Shown one piece after another: positions 59,059 through 64,000 of a DNA stretch of 64,000 nucleotides. The notes below the pieces were generated by a model. That model searched no databases. It was not told the origin of the DNA and worked only from the letters and a program-made list of their open reading frames with translations. The DNA comes from a virus. The stretch covers positions 1-64,000 of IMG/VR virus record IMGVR_UViG_3300013137_000010, one strand, 5' to 3'. The translations under genes were made by a program, and so were the position numbers. Position 1 is the first letter of the stretch, and each line of letters starts with the position of its first letter.

Positions 59059-59138
59059 GGCCCTGTAATGGCGGAGTTTCCTAAACTCTATGTGCATAAT
59101 TGGAATGAAAAATGAGAGTTCGAATCTCTTCTGGGTCA
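59059..59138 (+). tRNA. Non-canonical D-arm-less tRNA-Arg(CCU)-like RNA
   Basis: Near-duplicate of the previous RNA with loop TTCCTAA. Confidence 0.7.
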
Positions 59139-59152
59139 CAAAAATAAAGATT

Positions 59153-59374
59153 ATGAAAACAAAAAAAGTAGCAGTAAAAAAAGTAGAATCAAAAGTTTTA
59201 GCAGTAGAAATATTCTGTGAAAACTTAGAGAAAAATGTGACTGTGGATATATCTAAGTTATATTTTTTGGGTAGTGAAAGTGAGTGTGAATTGTGTGGTT
59301 CACACGGTTCTGTGAATGTTTCAGTAAATTGTGAGTGTGGTAAAAATCACAGTATTGAATTGAGTAGTTGGTAA
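59153..59374 (+). CDS. Small Cys/His-rich (zinc-binding) protein inside the tRNA array
   Basis: MKTKKVAVKK...CELCGSH...CECGKNH; start set at ATG 59153. Confidence 0.65.
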   Translation: MKTKKVAVKKVESKVLAVEIFCENLEKNVTVDISKLYFLGSESECELCGSHGSVNVSVNCECGKNHSIELSSW

Positions 59375-59406
59375 GAGTAGTTGTTCTTTGACATGTTGGA
59401 AAATTA

Positions 59407-59479
59407 GGGGGCGCATGTACCAAGGCTGGCGAGAGACATTTGCAATGTTTCTGGGAGATTTCGATTATATTCGTCTCCA
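59407..59479 (+). tRNA. trnA: tRNA-Ala(UGC), atypical D-region and weak T-stem
   Basis: GGGGGCG/CGTCTCC with G3:U70, AGACA-TTTGCAA-TGTTT, discriminator A. Confidence 0.6.
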
Positions 59480-59558
59480 CTATTTTATTATAGGGTAAAT
59501 ATTATGATACTGAAATAAAAATATTTATAGATTTAAATGAATTAAAAGAAATTTATAT

Positions 59559-59632
59559 GGGTTGTGTAGTGTAACCTGCTTAGCACGAAACACTTGCAAT
59601 GTTTAAGAGGAGTTGAAATCTCACACGATCCA
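59559..59632 (+). tRNA. trnA: tRNA-Ala(UGC), 8-bp acceptor stem
   Basis: GGGTTGTG/CACGATCC with G3:U70, AAACA-CTTGCAA-TGTTT, T-stem G-GAG/CTC-A. Confidence 0.8.
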
Positions 59633-59676
59633 CATATCCGGGATGATCCTCTGTTGTATCGCAGAGCCCGGTCCAT

Positions 59677-59749
59677 GCGATTGTAGTTCAGTTGGTAGAA
59701 TACTTCCTTGGTAAGGAAGAGGTCGTGAGATCGTAACTCACCTTTCGCT
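59677..59749 (+). tRNA. trnT: tRNA-Thr(GGU)
   Basis: CTTCC-TTGGTAA-GGAAG; tandem U:U in the acceptor; T-loop ATCGTAA. Confidence 0.85.
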
Positions 59750-59757
59750 CTAAGATA

Positions 59758-59896
59758 AAGAATACATACAGCAACAAAAAAATGCATGGTTAGCAAAAAA
59801 AGTATTCTGTTCTTAAAAAATTATCTAAAGATTACATACAGCAATCTTAAAAAAGGACCAAACTTGTAATTTGAAATTCTGAAAAAATGTAATCTG
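59758..59896 (+). ncRNA. Two ATACAGCAA-containing stem-loop elements with Thr anticodon-like hairpins
   Basis: AGAATAC..GTATTCT and AGATTACA..TGTAATCT closing stems; inner loops ATGGTTA and CTTGTAA. Confidence 0.5.
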
Positions 59897-59905
59897 TGAT
59901 AAAAT

Positions 59906-59978
59906 GCGAATGTATATCAGCGGTAGATAGTCTGGTTGCCAACCAGAAGGTTCGTGGGTTCGAATCCCATCATTCGCT
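59906..59978 (+). tRNA. trnG: tRNA-Gly(GCC)
   Basis: Canonical cloverleaf, TCTGG-TTGCCAA-CCAGA. Confidence 0.92.
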
Positions 59979-59987
59979 CAGTAAATT

Positions 59988-60061
59988 GCGAAATGTAGCT
60001 TAACGGTAAAGTATCTGGCTTCCAACCAGAGGAAGGGGTTCGATTCCCACATTTCGCTCCA
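59988..60061 (+). tRNA. trnG: tRNA-Gly(UCC), 8-bp acceptor stem
   Basis: GCGAAATG/CATTTCGC, loop CTTCCAA, T-stem G-GGG/CCC-A, encoded CCA. Confidence 0.88.
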
Positions 60062-60062
60062 T

Positions 60063-60140
60063 GCGAGCATAACTCAGTAGGTTCAGAGTACTTGTCTTAC
60101 AAACAAGAAGTCGATGGTTCGACTCCATCTGTTCGCACCA
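60063..60140 (+). tRNA. trnV: tRNA-Val(UAC)
   Basis: Canonical cloverleaf, CTTGT-CTTACAA-ACAAG, encoded CCA. Confidence 0.93.
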
Positions 60141-60142
60141 AT

Positions 60143-60226
60143 GCTGATGTAGTATAGCGGCTATTACACTGGCTTTGTAACCCAGCGTCTGAGAAGACAT
60201 CGTGAGTTCGAGTCTCACCATCAGCT
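60143..60226 (+). tRNA. trnT: tRNA-Thr(UGU) with a long variable arm
   Basis: GCTGATG/CATCAGC, loop TTTGTAA, variable arm GTCT-GAGA-AGAC. Confidence 0.82.
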
Positions 60227-60236
60227 CAAAATGAAT

Positions 60237-60403
60237 GGGAAATCAACGATGAAAAGGCGGATCGTACAGGCAACGAAAGTAATCCTGATTGGATAACGAA
60301 TTGCGGATGCACCTATAGCGACCTTATTGAGGTGGTGAAAAAATGAGCAAGGGAAGCGCGTTACTAGTTACCAACGTCGCGGGTTCGAATCCCGCATTTT
60401 CCA
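60237..60403 (+). ncRNA. 167-nt tRNA-like RNA with an Ala-type acceptor and an expanded body
   Basis: GGGAAAT/ATTTTCC-A (G3:U70), perfect T-arm GCGGG-TTCGAAT-CCCGC, several internal helices, no anticodon arm. Confidence 0.7.
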
Positions 60404-60447
60404 CAAAAAAATTAAAACTTTTTTTTTCATATTATAAAAGTAAATAT

Positions 60448-60520
60448 CGAGGATATGGTGTAACCTGGTAACACGGGGCATTTGGGATGCTCAGAAGCCG
60501 TTCAAATCGGATATCTTCGA
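60448..60520 (+). tRNA. trnP: tRNA-Pro(UGG), 8-bp acceptor stem
   Basis: CGAGGATA/TATCTTCG, GGGCA-TTTGGGA-TGCTC, T-stem G-CCG/CGG-A. Confidence 0.85.
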
Positions 60521-60546
60521 CAACTCTGATAATCAGGTATTTATAA

Positions 60547-60633
60547 GCCGAATTCCCATAGTGGTTGATTGGGCGTGACTTGTAATCACGAGGGTTTTTA
60601 TACCCCGCACTGGTTCGAATCCAGTATTCGGCT
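60547..60633 (+). tRNA. trnT: tRNA-Thr(UGU) with a long variable arm
   Basis: GCCGAAT/ATTCGGC, CGTGA-CTTGTAA-TCACG, variable arm GGGT-TTTTAT-ACCC. Confidence 0.85.
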
Positions 60634-60652
60634 CTCATACCTAATAAAAAAT

Positions 60653-60684
60653 AAAAATTCATTTCTCTCTCGAAATGAATTTTT
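60653..60684 (+). terminator. Intrinsic terminator
   Basis: aaaaattcatttc-tctctc-gaaatgaattttt. Confidence 0.7.
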
Positions 60685-60719
60685 GACTTAAAAATATTTA
60701 TATATACAAATAAAAAAGT

Positions 60720-61391
60720 ATGAAGTGGTCTGAAGAAGAAGAAAATGATTTAATTTCTTTATTAGAAAATGGATTTACATATTTGGATATATCTATTAAA
60801 TTAAATCGAACTAAAAAAAGTGTTAAAGAAAAAGCTAATAAGTGTGGACTTAATTTTAAGTCTTTCCTTAAAAAGGAGGCAAATAAATGCTTAGAGTGTA
60901 ATAAAGATATTGAAAAAAATAAAAAATTCTGTTCATCATCATGTTCTGCAAAACATAACAATAAAAAAAGAATTCACAAAGAATCAAATTGTATAGTTTG
61001 TGGAAACAAAACCAAAAAGTTTGGATACAAATTTTGTTCTAATAAATGTCAAATAGAACATCAATATGCTGTATATATTCAGAAGTGGAAAAATGATGAA
61101 GTTGATGGTGTGTCTGGTGAATATGGAACATCAAGATATATAAAAAAATATTTATTTGAAAAGTTTAATGGAAAATGTACGAGATGTGGATGGGGTGAAA
61201 AAAATCAATATACAGGTAATATTCCATTAGAGATAGAGCATAAAGATGGCAATAGTAAAAATAATAAAGAAGAAAATTTAACTCTATTATGTCCTAATTG
61301 TCATTCTTTAACAGAAACATATAAGGGTGCAAATAGAGGAAATGGTAGATATAATAGGCGAGAAAGATATAAAGATAAAAAATCATACTAA
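60720..61391 (+). CDS. HNH homing endonuclease inside the tRNA array
   Basis: Zinc motifs, CTRCGW and LEIEHKDGNSKNNKEENLTLLCPNCHS. Confidence 0.9.
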   Translation: MKWSEEEENDLISLLENGFTYLDISIKLNRTKKSVKEKANKCGLNFKSFLKKEANKCLECNKDIEKNKKFCSSSCSAKHNNKKRIHKESNCIVCGNKTKKFGYKFCSNKCQIEHQYAVYIQKWKNDEVDGVSGEYGTSRYIKKYLFEKFNGKCTRCGWGEKNQYTGNIPLEIEHKDGNSKNNKEENLTLLCPNCHSLTETYKGANRGNGRYNRRERYKDKKSY

Positions 61392-61672
61392 GGTCCCGTA
61401 GCTCAGCTGGATAGAGCAACAGCCTTCAAAAGGAGCTTCATAGATGAAAATGTGTGTCGAATGGTGTAAATTCAAAGAATGCTTAACAGGTAATGCTGAT
61501 GTTAACTTTGAGCGAAGTTCTTGTATAAGAAAACGTGCAGAGACTATAATCACCCACCTAAGATAGAAATATTAAGGTGAAGGCATAGTCCAGACCACAA
61601 ACAATAATTGGCAGTGAAAACTGTAGTGGTAGGCTAAGCTGTGGGTCATAGGTTTGAATCCTATCGGGATCA
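61392..61672 (+). tRNA. trnR: tRNA-Arg(UCU) interrupted by a group I intron (exons 61392-61426 and 61634-61672)
   Basis: The spliced product GGTCCCG..ACAGC-CTT|CTAA-GCTGT..CGGGATC-A is a normal cloverleaf with A20. Confidence 0.88.
61427..61633 (+). mobile_element. 207-nt group I intron (IC3-like), no ORF
   Basis: P AAATTCAAAGAA, Q AACTTTGAGC, R GTGCAGAGACTA, S AAGGCATAGTCC; U:G pair in P1 at the 5' splice site; terminal G. Confidence 0.88.
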
Positions 61673-61698
61673 CATATATTTTATATACATTTTATAAT

Positions 61699-61771
61699 GC
61701 CTTCTTAACTCAATTGGTAGAGTAGTTCTTTCGTAAAGAACAAGTTATCGGTTCGAATCCGATAGTTGGCT
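61699..61771 (+). tRNA. trnT: tRNA-Thr(CGU)
   Basis: GTTCT-TTCGTAA-AGAAC; tandem U:U in the acceptor. Confidence 0.88.
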
Positions 61772-61833
61772 CTTAAAATTCCTTAATTTTTTTATTTCAG
61801 AGTTTTTCCTTATCTTTGTAGTATTAAAACAAT

Positions 61834-61910
61834 GCCCTTGTATTGGCGGAGTTTCCTAAACTTTGTGTGCATAATGGATTAAAATGTGGGTTCAAGTCCC
61901 ATCAAGGGTA
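61834..61910 (+). tRNA. Third D-arm-less tRNA-Arg(CCU)-like RNA
   Basis: GCCCTTG/CAAGGGT, GGAGT-TTCCTAA-ACTTT, GTGCATAATGGATTAAAAT, T-arm GTGGG-TTCAAGT-CCCAT; own TATCTTTG element at 61811. Confidence 0.7.
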
Positions 61911-61956
61911 CAATTAAAAATTAAACAATTGGATTTTTTATACTATAATATAGTAT

Positions 61957-62667
61957 ATGACAAAATTCGAAAAATATTTTATAGAACAAATAGAAAATTT
62001 TAAAACTTACCACTCCAATCTTGTTACACAGATAACAGAAGATGATGTTCATAAATTGAGAACAACACTGAAAAGATTAAGAACGTTAAATATTATATTA
62101 GATGGTTTACTTTTCAGAGAAAAAGATTTTCCAACAGAACTTTCTAAATTATTCAAATCAGCAGGTGATATTAGGGACATTCATATTCAACAATCTATAT
62201 TTAGAGAATATGATGATGAGTATAATAATTATTTAATGGAGTCTTACAAAAGTAAGATTGCTAAGTTTAAAATAAATTCCACTTATCAAAAAGAACTAGA
62301 ATATCTAACGGATAAATTAAATAAAGTTAAAAACTATCACATAGAAGATGAGATAATAGGTAATATTGAGGCTAGAATAGATATTGGTCTTGATGAGATT
62401 CGTGATTTTTCAAATATTACACCAGAGAATTTACATGACATAAGAAAAAAAATTAAGCATATATTTTATATTTTTATGATGTTAGGTATAGATAAAGTGA
62501 GTAACAATTTGGATGAGTTACAGGAAACTATTGGAACTTGGCATGATTATGATGTAGCAATTAATAATATTAAAAATTTCGATAATAATTTAGAGATTAT
62601 AAAATCTCTAGAAAACAAAAGAGATTCACTATATAGCAAATCTCTTAAATTACTCAAAAAAATATAG
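61957..62667 (+). CDS. CHAD domain protein (polyphosphate-binding)
   Basis: VHKLRTTLKRLR, AGDIRD, LHDIRKKIK and LQETIGTWHD. Confidence 0.88.
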   Translation: MTKFEKYFIEQIENFKTYHSNLVTQITEDDVHKLRTTLKRLRTLNIILDGLLFREKDFPTELSKLFKSAGDIRDIHIQQSIFREYDDEYNNYLMESYKSKIAKFKINSTYQKELEYLTDKLNKVKNYHIEDEIIGNIEARIDIGLDEIRDFSNITPENLHDIRKKIKHIFYIFMMLGIDKVSNNLDELQETIGTWHDYDVAINNIKNFDNNLEIIKSLENKRDSLYSKSLKLLKKI

Positions 62668-62670
62668 AAT

Positions 62671-63471
62671 TTATAAGATACTTTCTCCTAAGAAATAATG
62701 GTTTCTTTTAGCTACTTTAATTTCACCTTTATATGATTCCTTATCAAAAAGGAGAATAGTTTGAGAACCCCATACAAAATATCCTAGTTTATCGGCAATT
62801 TCTATTTGATCACCTTTTTTAACGTAAAAATTAAAATCTTGAATAGCTGATTCTCCAACTAATAAAAAGAATACAGGCTTTTTTTCTGTTTCAAATTCTA
62901 AAAACCAAAGAGAATTCTTTCCAAATAATCCTAATTTTCTATCAACAGGTGTAATTTTTTTAAGTCTACCTGAAATTGGTGAATGAATGTTATGATAATA
63001 GCTGAGATATAATTTCATATTAATGAACCAATAGTTTTCTGGTACTCCTAAATTCATTAAGTCTTTTGCGACTTCTGTAGCACTTTTTTTTAATCTAATA
63101 ATACTTGATGTATCTTTAATTTGTCCTATTGATTCAATATTACATTCATTTGGAATTATAATTTCAGATTTTAAGGATTGTTCTTTAATATCTTTGAATT
63201 TTTCTGATGTTAAGCTTCTGTTGAAAAAATCCATAAAATTTTCGTAACCATTTGTGAACCACTCCTGGTTTACTTCTTTGGTTTTTATTCTCCAGCTCTT
63301 ATTATTTTTTGCATCTTTTTCTTTAAAACATTGAATCAGATTATTTATATTTTGTTCTCCTATTTCTTTATACTTAACATGTTTAAGTTTTCCAAGTATG
63401 TATCTTTCGTGTCCCCTTTTAGATACTAACTCAAATAACTCTTCAAGAATTTTTTCTTCTGTCATCTTCAT
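62671..63471 (-). CDS. psd: Phosphatidylserine decarboxylase-like protein
   Basis: NFMDFFNRSL, YHNIHSPISG and KKGD...LGYFVWGSQTILLF (self-cleavage GS). Confidence 0.8.
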   Translation of the reverse strand: MKMTEEKILEELFELVSKRGHERYILGKLKHVKYKEIGEQNINNLIQCFKEKDAKNNKSWRIKTKEVNQEWFTNGYENFMDFFNRSLTSEKFKDIKEQSLKSEIIIPNECNIESIGQIKDTSSIIRLKKSATEVAKDLMNLGVPENYWFINMKLYLSYYHNIHSPISGRLKKITPVDRKLGLFGKNSLWFLEFETEKKPVFFLLVGESAIQDFNFYVKKGDQIEIADKLGYFVWGSQTILLFDKESYKGEIKVAKRNHYFLGESIL

Positions 63472-64000
63472 TTGATTTTTTTTGTTATACTGATAGGTCT
63501 TTTTAAGGAATAAGGACTTATTCCAGATTTTAAAGCTAATAGAATACCAGCGGCTTCCAGATAGCTTTTAGCTTTGAAGAATTGATTGTCATTCCAAGGT
63601 AAAAGGTCTAAATCATTCTTCATTAAGTTTGTTTCATCTTCTATTGCAACAACTGGAATGTTTTGTTCTAAAGCTGCAATCAAAGGTAGACCGATACATC
63701 TATCAGGCGTTACTAATGCGCTTATGTTTCTATTTGTGATTATTCCAGATTCGTATGTCGGTGTAACTATTTTAGGCGTTAAATACATACCTTTAATAGT
63801 ACAAAATAATTCGGTGGTAGAAAGTATTTCTGGTGTTTTTCTAGGATCCACTATTTCAAAAGGATATTCTAGAAACATTTTTTCGAGAACTGGCGCATGC
63901 GCGCAAGGTATATCATAAAGATTTGATATTGTATGAGTTAAAAGGCTTTCTGCGGATCCCCACGGATTAGCCATATTTTTTTCGCTATAATAATCATCTA
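63468..64000 (-). CDS. DUF3326-like protein (5' end outside window)
   Basis: NPWGSAESLLTH, PCAHAP, VDPR and SYLEAAG; the frame stays open to the window edge. Confidence 0.7.
   Translation of the reverse strand, partial: DDYYSEKNMANPWGSAESLLTHTISNLYDIPCAHAPVLEKMFLEYPFEIVDPRKTPEILSTTELFCTIKGMYLTPKIVTPTYESGIITNRNISALVTPDRCIGLPLIAALEQNIPVVAIEDETNLMKNDLDLLPWNDNQFFKAKSYLEAAGILLALKSGISPYSLKRPISITKKIK

Noticed and set aside
58976-59138. Direct repeats considered as a CRISPR array
   Set aside because: Only two adjacent copies, no unique spacers, and they fold as tRNA-like RNAs.
59407-59479. Reading the TTGCAA loops as tRNA-Cys(GCA)
   Set aside because: The 7-nt loop register gives UGC, and G3:U70 with A73 indicates Ala.
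58868-60662. Minus-strand ORFs 58868, 59253, 59542, 60000 and 60432
   Set aside because: Antisense shadows of tRNA genes with no coding signature.
61392-61672. Alternative splice register giving anticodon GCU (Ser)
   Set aside because: The P1 U:G pair favours cleavage after U34, and the body has A20 and a short variable loop typical of Arg.
1-64000. Stop-codon reassignment as seen in some jumbo phages
   Set aside because: Conserved genes are full length in the standard code, TAA, TAG and TGA all end genes, and no suppressor anticodon was seen in this window.

Overview
AT-rich segment of a large T4-like (jumbo) myophage. The host is most likely a member of the Bacteroidota, judging by TTTG-N19/20-TAnnTTTG promoters and a type IX secretion cargo gene. 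The window holds tail and baseplate genes (sheath, tube, gp5-like lytic hub, gp53-, gp26- and gp51-like), replication and recombination genes (UvsX, a gp41-like helicase fractured by an atypical split intein around a free-standing endonuclease, class II RNR, dNK), many auxiliary enzymes, several homing endonucleases and an R-M-like locus. The most striking part is the tRNA locus at 58.7-61.9 kb. A 31-codon leader peptide with an antiterminator/terminator pair precedes the array, and its 16-codon core uses only Thr/Ala/Val/Pro/Gly/Arg, exactly the specificities encoded downstream. This suggests a ribosome-stalling attenuator that switches on replacement tRNAs when those tRNAs run short. Many RNAs in the array are non-canonical: three D-arm-less Arg(AGR) tRNA-like RNAs with a D-loop-like segment moved 3' of the anticodon arm, three tRNAs with 8-bp acceptor stems, long-variable-arm Thr tRNAs, a 167-nt RNA with an Ala-type acceptor, two anticodon-mimic repeats, and a tRNA-Arg(UCU) split by a group I intron. 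All calls come from reading motifs by eye; no database search or folding program was run.
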